Shown here piece by piece: positions 27,970-37,407 of a stretch of DNA of 64,000 bases; position 1 is the stretch's first letter, and each line of letters begins with the position of its first letter. The DNA comes from Clostridia bacterium (lineage in GTDB: Bacteria > Bacillota > Clostridia > Oscillospirales > CAG-272). The position numbers were made by a program, and so were the translations under genes. Under the pieces are notes generated by a model. The model made no database searches. It saw nothing but the letters and a program-made list of their open reading frames with translations, and was not told the origin of the DNA. Where the stretch lies: the NCBI GenBank assembly GCA_017428635.1, contig JAFRQK010000038.1:43677-107676 (forward strand), in the 5' to 3' direction.

Positions 27970-28885
27970 ATTTGATAAATTCAAGAATATCTTTGTTGAC
28001 CTCATCCATGGATATATCATTCAGTATTTCGTGTCTGGCGCCTTCGTAGAGTTTATACGTAACAGGTACTCCTGCATCTTTGAGCATTTCGTTGACTTTA
28101 CCGACCCCTTTACCGTAATCGCCCACGGGATCTTCGCTTCCTGAGATAAGCAGGACGGGTTTGGACTTGTTCAAAGATCCGGCCCACGCTTTTCTGTTTG
28201 ACAGGCGGTTTACCATTAGCAGATCGTCCATTCCGGAAAGTGAAAATCTGAAGTTACAGATGGGATCTGTCTTATTTTTCTCCCTCTCTTCGGGAATGGA
28301 TGACAGCCATGATTTGAAATCGTTTTCTTCTTTGAATCTGTTATTATATGTCCCGAACGCGACGTTGTCGATGAAAGAAGAGTATCCTTTTCCGCCCTTG
28401 AATATTTTGAGAAGTTTTATCATCAGCAGGCCCGGACCGGCAGCGGGATTCGGACCTCCCGTCCCCATAATAATGAGTTTGTCGTATGAGTCGTACTGTT
28501 CGGCTGCAAGCCTTACTATAAACGACCCCATGCTATGTCCCATTAAAAAGAAGGGAAGAGTACGGCCGTATTTTTCCCTGACGGCAGAACCGAATATCTC
28601 AACGTCGTCAATTAGCCTTTGATATCCGTCTTTATCAGCAATAAAACCGTATTCATTCTCGTCGTTCACGCTCTTGCCGTGTCCGAGATGATCGTGCGCG
28701 CAAGCAATATAACCTTCGTTTGCGAGCAGAGTCATAAATCTGTCGTAACGACCTATATGTTCGATCATGCCGTGTACTACCTGAAATATACCACGCGGCT
28801 CACATTCGGGAACGTATGCCAGGCCGCTTAGTTCGTGTTTCTTATCGCTTGATTTTACGTGAAACTCCTCTTTTCTTATCTCCAT
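27968..28885 (-). CDS. alpha/beta hydrolase (lysophospholipase / monoacylglycerol lipase-like)
   Basis: Nucleophile elbow GHSMGS, HG oxyanion motif (QVVHGMIEH) and C-terminal His (ARHEILND). Lies 12 nt upstream of glpK. Confidence 0.8.
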   Translation of the reverse strand: MEIRKEEFHVKSSDKKHELSGLAYVPECEPRGIFQVVHGMIEHIGRYDRFMTLLANEGYIACAHDHLGHGKSVNDENEYGFIADKDGYQRLIDDVEIFGSAVREKYGRTLPFFLMGHSMGSFIVRLAAEQYDSYDKLIIMGTGGPNPAAGPGLLMIKLLKIFKGGKGYSSFIDNVAFGTYNNRFKEENDFKSWLSSIPEEREKNKTDPICNFRFSLSGMDDLLMVNRLSNRKAWAGSLNKSKPVLLISGSEDPVGDYGKGVGKVNEMLKDAGVPVTYKLYEGARHEILNDISMDEVNKDILEFIK

Positions 28886-28897
28886 TTTCTTCTCCTT

Positions 28898-30385
28898 TCA
28901 GAATGACCTCGGCCTGGATGCATCGACTGCTTTGTGCCAGCCGTCGAGCAGTTGTGACCTATCTTTTTCCGCCATCTCGGGTTTGAACGTTACACCGCTT
29001 CTGTTGATTTTAAGTAATTGATCCCTTCCGCTGTAAAAACCGACGGCTAGACCGGCGAGAAACGCTGCGCCGGCAGCGGTCGCCTCTTGCGTGGAAGGCC
29101 GAAATACGGGTACTCCGGAAATATTTGCCTGAAACTGCATAAGAAAATCGTTTGCCGATGCTCCGCCGTCAACACGTAATTCGGAAATGGTTTTGCCGCT
29201 GTCACCCGTCATTGCGGAAAGAACGTCTTCTGTTTGGAAAGCGATTGACTCGAGCGCCGCCCGGATAATATGTTCTCGTTTGGTCCCGCGTGTAATACCG
29301 GTGATCGTTCCGCGTGCGCGCATATCCCAATACGGCGCTCCGAGACCGGCAAAAGCAGGTACTAAGTACACCCCTCCGGTTCCGTCGACTTTATTAGCGA
29401 AATATTCGCTGTCCCGTGACTCGTTTATAAATCTGAGTTCATCCCTCAGCCATTGGATTACAGCCCCTCCAACAAAAACACTTCCTTCGAGAGCGTACTC
29501 GCAAGGCCGATCTTTTTCGGTCGCTGCTATGGTTGTCAATAGTCCGTTTCCTGATAAAACGGGTTCTTTCCCGGTGTGTGAAAGAAGGAAACATCCAGTA
29601 CCGTACGTCGTTTTTGCGTCGCCGGACTCGAAGCACCCCTGACCGAAAAGCGCAGCCTGCTGGTCTCCGGCTATTCCGCAGATAGGGATCTGCGATCCCA
29701 TGACGTTAGCCGTCCCGAATACTTCGCTGCTGCTCGCGACGCGGGGTAAGATCTCTCTCGGAATGTTAAGAACCCGCAATAATTCGTCGTCCCAGTCAAG
29801 CGTATTAATGTTATACATCATAGTGCGGGATGCGTTCGTTCTATCGGTTACGTGGACCAGACCGCCGGTTAGTTTCCAAACGAGCCAGGTGTCGACGGTC
29901 CCGAACAGCAATTCTCCCTTTTTAGCTCTTTTTCTGTCCGGATCGCATTTGTCCAGGACCCATTTGAGCTTTGTACCGCTGAAATAGGCGTCGATACGGA
30001 GACCTGTTTTTTCTCTTACGGCGTCAGACAGCCCTTCCTTTATCAAACTATCGCAAATATCCGACGTTCTTCTGCATTGCCACACTATGGCGTTCATTAC
30101 CGGCTTACCGGTCTCTTTTTCCCATACGACGGTCGTTTCGCGTTGATTGGTTATTCCTATCGCAGCGATCTCATCGGCAGATACTCCGCTTTTTGCAATG
30201 CATTCGGTCATAGCGGAATACTGGTTTGCCCATATCTCGATCGGATCGTGTTCTACCCAACCCGGGTTCGGGTAGATCTGCGTGAATTCATGCTGTGCAA
30301 TACTTACGATTTTTGAATCGCGGTCAAAAAGGATCGCTCTGGTGCTCGTTGTCCCTTCGTCAAGAGCCAGGATGTATTTTTTCAT
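28898..30385 (-). CDS. glpK: glycerol kinase
   Basis: [18 protein letters not shown], full-length FGGY kinase, 495 aa. Confidence 0.96.
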   Translation of the reverse strand: MKKYILALDEGTTSTRAILFDRDSKIVSIAQHEFTQIYPNPGWVEHDPIEIWANQYSAMTECIAKSGVSADEIAAIGITNQRETTVVWEKETGKPVMNAIVWQCRRTSDICDSLIKEGLSDAVREKTGLRIDAYFSGTKLKWVLDKCDPDRKRAKKGELLFGTVDTWLVWKLTGGLVHVTDRTNASRTMMYNINTLDWDDELLRVLNIPREILPRVASSSEVFGTANVMGSQIPICGIAGDQQAALFGQGCFESGDAKTTYGTGCFLLSHTGKEPVLSGNGLLTTIAATEKDRPCEYALEGSVFVGGAVIQWLRDELRFINESRDSEYFANKVDGTGGVYLVPAFAGLGAPYWDMRARGTITGITRGTKREHIIRAALESIAFQTEDVLSAMTGDSGKTISELRVDGGASANDFLMQFQANISGVPVFRPSTQEATAAGAAFLAGLAVGFYSGRDQLLKINRSGVTFKPEMAEKDRSQLLDGWHKAVDASRPRSF

Positions 30386-30484
30386 TCAGCAGATTCCTTT
30401 CGGATGATGATCTTTTAACCTATAATAACATGAATCGTAAAAAAAAACAATAAGTAACGCCCTCCGATAAGGGAGGGCAGGGTA

Positions 30485-30919
30485 TCAGAGAAAACTTCTC
30501 AGGTCGTGTGACATATTCTCCTCAACTTTTATGAGCTTCTTTGTTACGTCCTTTGAACTTTCGTCCGCGGCGGCGTATTGATTCAAGTATTTACTCAGCG
30601 ATTTAATTCCCATATTGCATCCGTCCGTCATCAGATCCGCTACCGTGTTATCCGAAGTGTTCATAGCAAGCATTGCCGTCGTTTTTATCCACGACATACT
30701 CTTTACGAACGCTCCGGGATCCTTTCCGGTGTCACCGACTCTCATAAGCTGATCTTCGATATCGTGTCCCAAAGATTCATGATCCGTTCTGCATTCGCTG
30801 AGGATCCTTTTGAGCGATTCGCTCTTCACGTAACGATAAACGTCGTCTATTGATGAAATGCCCATTTTAACGCCTTTATCGCATTCTCTGAGCAGCCTTA
30901 CGGTATCCTGTTCTATCAT
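30485..30919 (-). CDS. hypothetical helical protein (resembles the PA2169/DUF2383 four-helix-bundle family)
   Basis: 144 aa, all-helical by eye. The two-repeat pattern LLRECDKGVKMG ... LMTDGCNMGIKSL is reminiscent of ferritin-like four-helix bundles. GGAGG RBS. Family assignment is from memory only. Confidence 0.4.
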   Translation of the reverse strand: MIEQDTVRLLRECDKGVKMGISSIDDVYRYVKSESLKRILSECRTDHESLGHDIEDQLMRVGDTGKDPGAFVKSMSWIKTTAMLAMNTSDNTVADLMTDGCNMGIKSLSKYLNQYAAADESSKDVTKKLIKVEENMSHDLRSFL

Positions 30920-30990
30920 TTTTTCCTCCGGTAATAGAATAAAGTATCTTCCGTTATCCTATTATTGCGCAAAAAACGGTAAATATCCGA

Positions 30991-31018
30991 AAAAAGAAAA
31001 CCCACGCTATTGCGTAGG
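30991..31018 (-). terminator. intrinsic terminator after tRNA-Val
   Basis: Minus strand: CCTACGC-AATA-GCGTGGG followed by TTTTCTTTTT. Confidence 0.7.
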
Positions 31019-31026
31019 TTTCCGGA

Positions 31027-31100
<74 letters not shown>

Positions 31101-31116
31101 ATGTTTCACGACAGAT

Positions 31117-31145
31117 ATTTTATCACACCGAGATAATAAAATCAA
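31117..31145 (-). promoter_or_regulatory. promoter of tRNA-Val
   Basis: Minus strand: TTGATT, 17 nt, TGaTAAAAT extended -10. The transcription start is predicted a few nt before the tRNA 5' end. Confidence 0.6.
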
Positions 31146-31183
31146 CCCTTTTTTTGAGTTTTTTGAGTTTTAAGAAAAAAAAC

Positions 31184-31212
31184 TTGACATTTAACCTGCA
31201 GGATGATATCAT
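31184..31212 (+). promoter_or_regulatory. promoter of tRNA-Ala
   Basis: TTGACA (31184-31189), 17 nt, TGaTATCAT (31204-31212). Divergent from the tRNA-Val promoter across an A/T-rich spacer with a tandem TTTTTGAGT repeat. Confidence 0.65.
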
Positions 31213-31221
31213 ATAACGCAC

Positions 31222-31294
31222 GGGGCATTAGCGCAGCTGGGAGCGCACAACACTGGCAGTGTTGGGGTCACGGGTTCGAGTCCCGTATGCTCCA
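31222..31294 (+). tRNA. tRNA-Ala (anticodon GGC)
   Basis: GGGGCAT/ATGCTCC acceptor with the G3:U70 Ala identity pair, CAACA-CTGGCAG-TGTTG anticodon arm, ACGGG-TTCGAGT-CCCGT T arm. No encoded CCA. Confidence 0.92.
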
Positions 31295-31295
31295 T

Positions 31296-31329
31296 ATTAA
31301 AGGGGGATCCGCAGGGATCCCCCTTTAAT
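31296..31329 (+). terminator. hairpin/terminator after tRNA-Ala
   Basis: ATTAAAGGGGGATCC-GCAG-GGATCCCCCTTTAAT perfect 15-bp stem. The T tract is weak. Confidence 0.6.
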
Positions 31330-31361
31330 ATGGCATATTATACGACGAGAACCAGAAAAGT

Positions 31362-31390
31362 AAAAAATGCTCATTTTATGAGCATTTTTT
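31362..31390. terminator. second, bidirectional terminator-like hairpin
   Basis: A5-ATGCTCAT-TTT-ATGAGCAT-T5. Confidence 0.55.
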
Positions 31391-31401
31391 ATCCGCTGAT
31401 A

Positions 31402-31430
31402 TTTACATGGAGAATGTTTTGTGATAGAAT
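31402..31430 (+). promoter_or_regulatory. promoter of tRNA-Arg
   Basis: TTTACA (31402-31407), 17 nt, TGaTAGAAT (31422-31430). Confidence 0.6.
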
Positions 31431-31449
31431 AGGGAAGCGTAATAAACGT

Positions 31450-31523
31450 CCGCCCTTAGCTCAGCTGGATAGAGTACCGGATTCCGATTCCGATGGTCGT
31501 GGGTTCGAATCCCGCAGGGCGGG
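31450..31523 (+). tRNA. tRNA-Arg (anticodon CCG)
   Basis: CCGCCCT/AGGGCGG acceptor (C1:G72), anticodon loop TTCCGAT, GTGGG-TTCGAAT-CCCGC T arm. C27:A43 mismatch at the top of the anticodon stem. Confidence 0.8.
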
Positions 31524-31549
31524 AAAAGCACGCATTTGCGTGCTTTTTT
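31524..31549 (+). terminator. intrinsic terminator after tRNA-Arg
   Basis: AAAAGCACGC-ATTT-GCGTGCTTTTTT. Confidence 0.85.
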
Positions 31550-31595
31550 CGGTAAAAAGGGTTTTGATGCTTATAGATGTTAAATAGAGGGAAAA

Positions 31596-32099
31596 ATGTT
31601 AACAAATTATGTACAAATTCTTCATACAGACCACAAAGGCCCGGATGATTCTTATCACGTAGAAAGGATTACGTGCCGAGGTATAGTCATAAATGAAGGG
31701 AAGCTATTGATTTCGCACGAGACAAAAGACGAAACGCTGCTGATCCCGGGCGGAGGCATTGAAAAAGATGAAACTCCCGAAGAATGCTGTAAACGCGAGA
31801 TTATGGAAGAAACCGGATATCTGGTTGAACCGATAAATCATTTCGCGGACGTACATATGTATTTCGGATCAGGTTCAAAGTTTATAAATCATTTTTTCGA
31901 ATGTATAATTATATCGCGCGGGAAACCGAAAATGCTTGATTATGAGATCGAACTTGGGATGAGACCTGATTGGTATGATTTAGAAGAGATATACGAGTTA
32001 TTTTCAGACTTTAAAAAATATAAATCAACAGAACCTGAACGATACGTTTTATATCAGCGTGAATTTCTCGCGCTCGATTATTATCTTAAACATCGATAA
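31596..32099 (+). CDS. NUDIX hydrolase
   Basis: Nudix box GGGIEKDETPEECCKREIMEETG (GX5EX7REUXEEXGU). GAGGG RBS. Visibly more A+T-rich than its neighbours (not computed). Confidence 0.85.
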   Translation: MLTNYVQILHTDHKGPDDSYHVERITCRGIVINEGKLLISHETKDETLLIPGGGIEKDETPEECCKREIMEETGYLVEPINHFADVHMYFGSGSKFINHFFECIIISRGKPKMLDYEIELGMRPDWYDLEEIYELFSDFKKYKSTEPERYVLYQREFLALDYYLKHR

Positions 32100-32102
32100 C
32101 AG

Positions 32103-32135
32103 AAAAAAGCCTCCGCGGCTCGCGGGGGCTTTTTT
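32103..32135 (+). terminator. intrinsic terminator after the NUDIX gene
   Basis: AGCCTCCGCG-GCT-CGCGGGGGCT followed by T6. Confidence 0.85.
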
Positions 32136-32142
32136 AACCCGT

Positions 32143-32216
32143 GGGAAGCGGTTTTGGCCCTAAGCAACCTTTTTCGCTTCCCCTAATTATACAAAATTTG
32201 CATTTTGTATAATTAG
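32143..32216. repeat. two adjacent hairpins, including a 15-bp perfect AT-rich palindrome
   Basis: GGGAAGCG-N24-CGCTTCCC (32143-32182) directly abuts CTAATTATACAAAAT-TTGC-ATTTTGTATAATTAG (32183-32216). Located between convergent NUDIX and spoIIID. Confidence 0.6.
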
Positions 32217-32278
32217 ATATAAAATTTCAGGCGTGTGAAAATACACTTCTCTGCGGATATCTATTGAAAAATACTTGT

Positions 32279-32554
32279 TTACCTTTGTTTATCTGTACAA
32301 CTTTGCCCTCGCAGGTATTTTCTTTTCGTTGCTTCTCCGCCTCTTAAATGACGTTCTGCTTTATTTTTGTCTAAAATTATCCTTACTTCTTTATACAGAC
32401 CCGGGTCGTGTCCTTTTAATTTTTCGGACGCGTCCTTGTACACTGTTGATTTGCTCAAAGCAAATTTTTCAGCCGTTTTCCTTACCGTTGCAGAATTGTC
32501 CTTAATGTATTCTCCGATTTTAACGCATCTTTCTTTTATAAGTTTTGATGACAT
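32279..32554 (-). CDS. spoIIID: sporulation transcriptional regulator SpoIIID
   Basis: IKERCVKIGEYI...TVRKTAEKFALSKSTVYKD...HLRGGEATKRKY closely parallels B. subtilis SpoIIID. Start set to ATG 32554, where the alignment with the B. subtilis SpoIIID N-terminus begins (only a weak GAAGG ~9 nt upstream). ATG 32569 is an alternative. Confidence 0.9.
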   Translation of the reverse strand: MSSKLIKERCVKIGEYIKDNSATVRKTAEKFALSKSTVYKDASEKLKGHDPGLYKEVRIILDKNKAERHLRGGEATKRKYLRGQSCTDKQR

Positions 32555-32668
32555 AAAACGGACCTTCATAATATGATATCGTGGATCAGGATCTTACTGT
32601 TCCCTTTTCCTTTTATCAAATATATGAAAATCCGTTATGCTTAATTCGTATTAACAGTTTGTTAATAA

Positions 32669-33685
32669 TTATTCTTCATACCCGTTAGGGTTGGCTTTTT
32701 GCCATCTCCATGAATCACGGCACATATCCGCTATGCCTTTTTCAGCTTTCCAGCCGAGTTCTTTTTCAGCTTTTGACGGATCGGCGTAACATTCTGCGAT
32801 ATCTCCGGGTCTTCTGCCTTTTATCTCATACGGGACTTTTACGTCGTTCGCTTCTTCAAAACTTTTTACGATCTCAAGAACGCTGTAACCGTTTCCCGTT
32901 CCGAGATTGTAAATACTAAGTCCCGATTTGTCCTCTATCTTTTTAAGCGCATTGACGTGTCCTTTTGCGAGATCAACGACGTGTATATAATCTCTCACGC
33001 CCGTTCCGTCACGTGTTTCATAATCGTTTCCGAAAACGTTAAGGTGATCTATCTTTCCTACTGCAACCTGTGTTATATACGGCATCAGGTTATTGGGCAG
33101 ACCGGACGGATCCTCACCGATCGTTCCGCTTTCGTGTGCTCCTATCGGATTGAAGTATCTCAGCAGAACAACGTTCCATTCTTTATCGGCTTTCTGGATA
33201 TCGGTAAGGATCTGCTCAAGCATCGATTTCGTCCATCCGTAGGGATTCGTGCATGCCCCTTTCGGACATTCTTCTGTTATCGGAACGAACGCCGGAGTTC
33301 CGTATACGGTAGCGGATGACGAGAAAATAATGTTTTTGACACCGTTATTTCTCATAACGTCAACCAAAGTCAGCGTTCCGGTTATATTATTGTTGTAATA
33401 TTCCCATGGTTTAGCGACGGATTCAGCGACTGCCTTAAGACCGGCAAAGTGGATACATGAGTCAATTTTTTCGTTTCTGAATACTTGCTCAAGTCCTTCT
33501 CTGTCAAGAATATCGACCTTATAGAATTTTACGGGTTTACCGGTGATCTGTTCGACTCTTTCAATACTTTTTCTGCTTGAGTTTGATAGATTGTCGACAA
33601 CAACCACGTCATAACCAGTGTTTTGCAGTTCAACGACAGTATGGGATCCGATATAGCCCGCTCCGCCTGTTACGAGTATTGCCAT
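32669..33685 (-). CDS. galE: UDP-glucose 4-epimerase
   Basis: [13 protein letters not shown] Rossmann motif, YGWTK catalytic YxxxK, 338 aa. Confidence 0.95.
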   Translation of the reverse strand: MAILVTGGAGYIGSHTVVELQNTGYDVVVVDNLSNSSRKSIERVEQITGKPVKFYKVDILDREGLEQVFRNEKIDSCIHFAGLKAVAESVAKPWEYYNNNITGTLTLVDVMRNNGVKNIIFSSSATVYGTPAFVPITEECPKGACTNPYGWTKSMLEQILTDIQKADKEWNVVLLRYFNPIGAHESGTIGEDPSGLPNNLMPYITQVAVGKIDHLNVFGNDYETRDGTGVRDYIHVVDLAKGHVNALKKIEDKSGLSIYNLGTGNGYSVLEIVKSFEEANDVKVPYEIKGRRPGDIAECYADPSKAEKELGWKAEKGIADMCRDSWRWQKANPNGYEE

Positions 33686-33707
33686 GGCTATCTCCTTTTT
33701 TGATTAT

Positions 33708-34601
33708 TTATTTCCAAAGCCCGTCCGGATAGACTCCGGAGGCAACCAGTTCACGAATTTTTGCGATCGTACCGGGTTTGTCTTCAGCATAAGTTACGCC
33801 GAACCATTTGGCGTCCGTTCCCAAAACCGAAACCGAACATTTGTTTTCTCTGATCATTCTCCCGACGGTATTGGGGAGCAGAGCCTCACTCTTCAATTCG
33901 CTCCCCTTTTCGGTAATGAAGTCCTTGAAATCCTCTTCAAGTCCTTCGAAAACTGTGGGGGTAAATCCCCAGAAGTTCATTGAAACGGGCGTGTCAAGCG
34001 GGAAATCCACGTAAGAATCTTCTTCGTAATATCTGGCGCAGTCACCTTCTTTTACGATCTTTGTCCTTTCAACGATCGACTCGAGTTTACCGTCCGTCGT
34101 TTCACAAACACCGCGCGAGACCGAACCGTTGTCGGTGAGAGTATTACCCACCCTGTATCCGACCATACAGTATTCACGTGACGTCAGATCTTTATCTTTG
34201 AGGAAAGACGCAACTTTGAAGAACGGATCTCTGCCGTAAAAATCGTCCGAGTTAATTACAGCGAAAGTATCGTTGAGAAATTCTTTCGCGCAAAGAACGG
34301 CGTGCGTTGTTCCCCAGGGCTTAACCCTTCCCTCCGGAGGTATGTGTCCGTTCATACACATGCGGAGGTCCTGGAAGGCGTAGTCAACATTGACAGCGCC
34401 TTCAATTCTTTTTCCGACGGTGTCTTTGAATATTTTATAATTTTCTTCTTTAATGATAAATACGACTCTGTCAAAGCCTGCCTGAATTGCATCGTATATT
34501 GAGAAATCGATAATAAATTCACCGTGTTCGGTAAATTTATCGATCTGTTTCAAACCACCGTATCTTGACCCCATTCCGGCTGCGAGTATAAAAAGCGTCA
34601 T
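33708..34601 (-). CDS. sugar-phosphate nucleotidyltransferase (NTP-transferase fold), substrate unknown
   Basis: N-terminal LAAGMGSRYGGLKQ signature of nucleotidyl transferases. Lies 22 nt upstream of galE, suggesting a UDP-hexose function (inference). Confidence 0.7.
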   Translation of the reverse strand: MTLFILAAGMGSRYGGLKQIDKFTEHGEFIIDFSIYDAIQAGFDRVVFIIKEENYKIFKDTVGKRIEGAVNVDYAFQDLRMCMNGHIPPEGRVKPWGTTHAVLCAKEFLNDTFAVINSDDFYGRDPFFKVASFLKDKDLTSREYCMVGYRVGNTLTDNGSVSRGVCETTDGKLESIVERTKIVKEGDCARYYEEDSYVDFPLDTPVSMNFWGFTPTVFEGLEEDFKDFITEKGSELKSEALLPNTVGRMIRENKCSVSVLGTDAKWFGVTYAEDKPGTIAKIRELVASGVYPDGLWK

Positions 34602-34728
34602 CTTTGAAAACCTCTTTTCAAATTATTTTACTCTCATTATATTTTAAGATATTACTCGATAAAATGCAAGATAATGCCCGTCAAAAAAAGAAATTATTTT
34701 TTGTGTTTTTGACCTGCGTTTCAAACGC

Positions 34729-34758
34729 TTGACTAAAAATGACATAATTTGATATAAT
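34729..34758 (+). promoter_or_regulatory. sigma-A type promoter for the lipoprotein gene
   Basis: TTGACT (34729-34734), 18 nt, TGaTATAAT (34750-34758). Confidence 0.6.
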
Positions 34759-34791
34759 AATACAAACATAAACGTGGAAACGACGGGAAAA

Positions 34792-35706
34792 ATGAGAAAG
34801 AATCAATTTGTCGCGGTATTATTGATCATTTCATTTATGATCGTATTTACCGTGTCTTGTTCTAAAAACAGTGAACCCGATCTGTCATCCGGTGTTTCTC
34901 GTAATACTCTGACTACCGACCAATTACCGTCTGACAGCGACAACCGAACTGAGAGTACGACGGAAGCCGGGGCTGAAACTCCTTCGGGATCCGATCCCGA
35001 ACCCGACGTGGGTTATTATTTCAACGATTATTTCGGTTTGACCCGCAGTGAGATTCTTAACTGGCTTTACCTGCACGAGGCTGACGATTATTATCTCGGT
35101 ACACCGTACGGCGACGAGGAGATAGGGTTCAACACTGATACGTGTATGCGGCCTAACGGAAGGTTTTCCGATAATTATCCCCATATGACTTGTACGGGAT
35201 TCGTTCTCGACGTTCTTATGCAGGCTGCAATCGACCGGTCCGAGGATATATATGATCTTGCGGTAAAAATGATGGAACTGTGCGAGAGTTACGGCTGGTG
35301 GAACGACGGGCAGTACTACATAAACGTAGTCAACGCATATTACTGGGGCGCGTTTGTAAACAATTATGAAGACGGAAAGATCTACTCCGTTAAGTTTGAC
35401 ACCGTCAAAGACCTTTTGACATCTCATCTGGCCAAAAAGGGTGATATCATTTACTTTATGCCGGATACCACGGCATACGGCAGAAATGAGCAGGGATATC
35501 CGTGTGATATATTCGGAAACCCGATCGACTGTCATATCGGATTTTATTGGGGGGAAGACAATTCCGGTCAGGACCTTTTCTGGCACTCTATGAATTCGGG
35601 ATTGGTCGGCGACCCGATGGAGAATTCCCTCGGAGACTTCAATCAGATCAGTAAACTGACGACCCCATCCGTTTATAGTTACGTTTTACTGATACCTATC
35701 CGATAA
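34792..35706 (+). CDS. lipoprotein with an NlpC/P60-like (papain-fold) Cys/His signature
   Basis: Signal peptide with lipobox FTVSC, Ser/Thr/Asp-rich linker, then HMTCTGFV (Cys), KGDIIYF...DCHIGFYWG (His) and FWHS. Resembles P60 motifs DCSGFV / GDLVFF..HVGIY. Start ATG 34792, with GTG 34774 as an alternative. Confidence 0.45.
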   Translation: MRKNQFVAVLLIISFMIVFTVSCSKNSEPDLSSGVSRNTLTTDQLPSDSDNRTESTTEAGAETPSGSDPEPDVGYYFNDYFGLTRSEILNWLYLHEADDYYLGTPYGDEEIGFNTDTCMRPNGRFSDNYPHMTCTGFVLDVLMQAAIDRSEDIYDLAVKMMELCESYGWWNDGQYYINVVNAYYWGAFVNNYEDGKIYSVKFDTVKDLLTSHLAKKGDIIYFMPDTTAYGRNEQGYPCDIFGNPIDCHIGFYWGEDNSGQDLFWHSMNSGLVGDPMENSLGDFNQISKLTTPSVYSYVLLIPIR

Positions 35707-35735
35707 AAAACGCCCGAAAAACGGGCGTTTTTTTA
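35705..35735. terminator. bidirectional intrinsic terminator
   Basis: AAAAAACGCCCG-AAAAA-CGGGCGTTTTTTT. Confidence 0.9.
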
Positions 35736-36755
35736 TCTCTGTACCCTGCCTGATCCGTCTCCACCCGCGAGTTTTTCAACTTCTTCGACCGATACCATAT
35801 TGTAATCTCCTTCGATCGAGTGCTTGAGGCAACTGGCAGCTGTCGCAAATTCAACGGAATCTTGACTGCTTTTCCCTTTTATCATTGAATAAATGAGGCC
35901 TGCGCCGAATGAATCTCCGCCCCCTACCCTGTCGACTATATGAACGTTATAATCTTTACTCAGGAAAAAATCTTTTCCGTCATAAAGCATTGCCGACCAT
36001 TTATTGTCACTTGCGGAAATGGAAGTACGTAACGTCACGGCAACGTATTTGAAACAGAAACGTTCAGCCAGTTTGCGTGCGACTTCTTTATAACCTTCAG
36101 TGTTAACAACTCCCGACGTGACTGCCGTACCTTCCGATGTGATCCCGAAGACGTCGGCAGCGTCTTCTTCATTTGCTATAAGTACGTCAACGTATTTGCA
36201 GAGTTCGCCCATTACACGACCTGCTTTTTCACGGGACCATAGTTTTTTTCTGTAGTTCAGATCGCAGGAAACCGTAACGCCGTGAGCTCTTGCAGCTTTT
36301 ACAGCATTCAGGCATGTTTCAGCCGTAGAATCAGAGAGCGCGGGAGTGATTCCCGTAAAATGAAACCAGCGCGCGCCTTCGAAAGCGGCGTCCCAATCGA
36401 ATTCCGAGGGGTTGGATTCGGCGATTGCGGAATGGGCCCTGTCGTATATCACTTTGGAAGGACGCTGACTTGCGCCTTTTTCAAGAAAGTAGATCCCGAG
36501 TCTGTCGCCGCCTCTGACTATATTGCTCACGTCGACTCCGAATCTTCTCAAAGAGTTAACAGCTGACTGACCGATCTCTCCCGCCGGGATCTTTGAAACG
36601 AAAGACGCGTTCATGCCGAAATTGGCAAGTGAGACGGCAACGTTCGCTTCTCCTCCGCCAAACGTAACGTTGAATCTGTCGGATTGAACTATTCTTTCAT
36701 ACCCTTCAGGTGAAAGACGAAGCATAAGCTCACCGAAAGTAACGATACGATCCAT
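35733..36755 (-). CDS. kdgK: 2-dehydro-3-deoxygluconokinase (PfkB family)
   Basis: PfkB motifs GGGEANVAV and DRVGGGDSFGAG. Lies 1 nt downstream of eda. Confidence 0.85.
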   Translation of the reverse strand: MDRIVTFGELMLRLSPEGYERIVQSDRFNVTFGGGEANVAVSLANFGMNASFVSKIPAGEIGQSAVNSLRRFGVDVSNIVRGGDRLGIYFLEKGASQRPSKVIYDRAHSAIAESNPSEFDWDAAFEGARWFHFTGITPALSDSTAETCLNAVKAARAHGVTVSCDLNYRKKLWSREKAGRVMGELCKYVDVLIANEEDAADVFGITSEGTAVTSGVVNTEGYKEVARKLAERFCFKYVAVTLRTSISASDNKWSAMLYDGKDFFLSKDYNVHIVDRVGGGDSFGAGLIYSMIKGKSSQDSVEFATAASCLKHSIEGDYNMVSVEEVEKLAGGDGSGRVQR

Positions 36756-36756
36756 A

Positions 36757-37401
36757 TTAAACCTCCGGTTTTCTTGTATTCTTTACTATGCTCACTGCCT
36801 CGGCGGTGAGCTTTTTGATTTCATCGAATTTTCGTTCGCTGATAAGACTGTCCTTGACCATCCAGCTCCCGCCGCAGGCAAAGACTTTTTTGAAAGAAAG
36901 ATAACCTCCGAGGTTATCGGGACTGATCCCTCCTGTCGGCATAAACATAATGTTGGAATACGGCGCCGACATTGCTTTGATCATCTTCAGACCGCCCGCA
37001 GCTTCCGCAGGAAAGAATTTGAGGTATAAAAGACCGTAAGATAATGCAAGTTCAATTTCCGACGGAGTGACGATCCCGGGGACGATCGGGTATCCGTTCT
37101 TAAGACAATGTTCTACGACTGACGGATTAAAACCCGGAGAAACGATAAGAGACGCGCCGGCATTGAAAGCTTTGTCCGCTTGATCTGCGGAGAGGACAGT
37201 ACCCGCGGCAACGGTCATTTCCGGGAAACGGGATGATATTTTTTTGATCGATTCTTCAGCGGCGTCTGTTCTGAAAGTAATTTCAGCGCAAGGAAGCCCG
37301 CCGTCGATCAAAGATTCGGCAAGAGGTTCAGAGTCGCTTGAATCCCTTATTGCTACGACCGGAACGACGCCTATCCTTTTCAGCTTTTCAATTATTTCCA
37401 A
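36757..37401 (-). CDS. eda: KDPG / KHG aldolase
   Basis: 214-aa class I aldolase (VVPVVAIRD, GxxxxKFFPAE). TTG start 9 nt after GGAGG. Confidence 0.88.
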   Translation of the reverse strand: MEIIEKLKRIGVVPVVAIRDSSDSEPLAESLIDGGLPCAEITFRTDAAEESIKKISSRFPEMTVAAGTVLSADQADKAFNAGASLIVSPGFNPSVVEHCLKNGYPIVPGIVTPSEIELALSYGLLYLKFFPAEAAGGLKMIKAMSAPYSNIMFMPTGGISPDNLGGYLSFKKVFACGGSWMVKDSLISERKFDEIKKLTAEAVSIVKNTRKPEV

Positions 37402-37407
37402 CTGCTG

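Noticed and set aside
32555-32668. Tried to place a sigma-E promoter upstream of spoIIID (CATATTAT at about 32571-32578), and a sigma-E/K promoter upstream of the sleL-like gene (CATATAATA at about 14257-14265)
   Set aside because: The -10-like elements exist, but matching -35 elements at the right spacing are not convincing. For spoIIID the leader would be nearly absent. The evidence is too weak to report as features.
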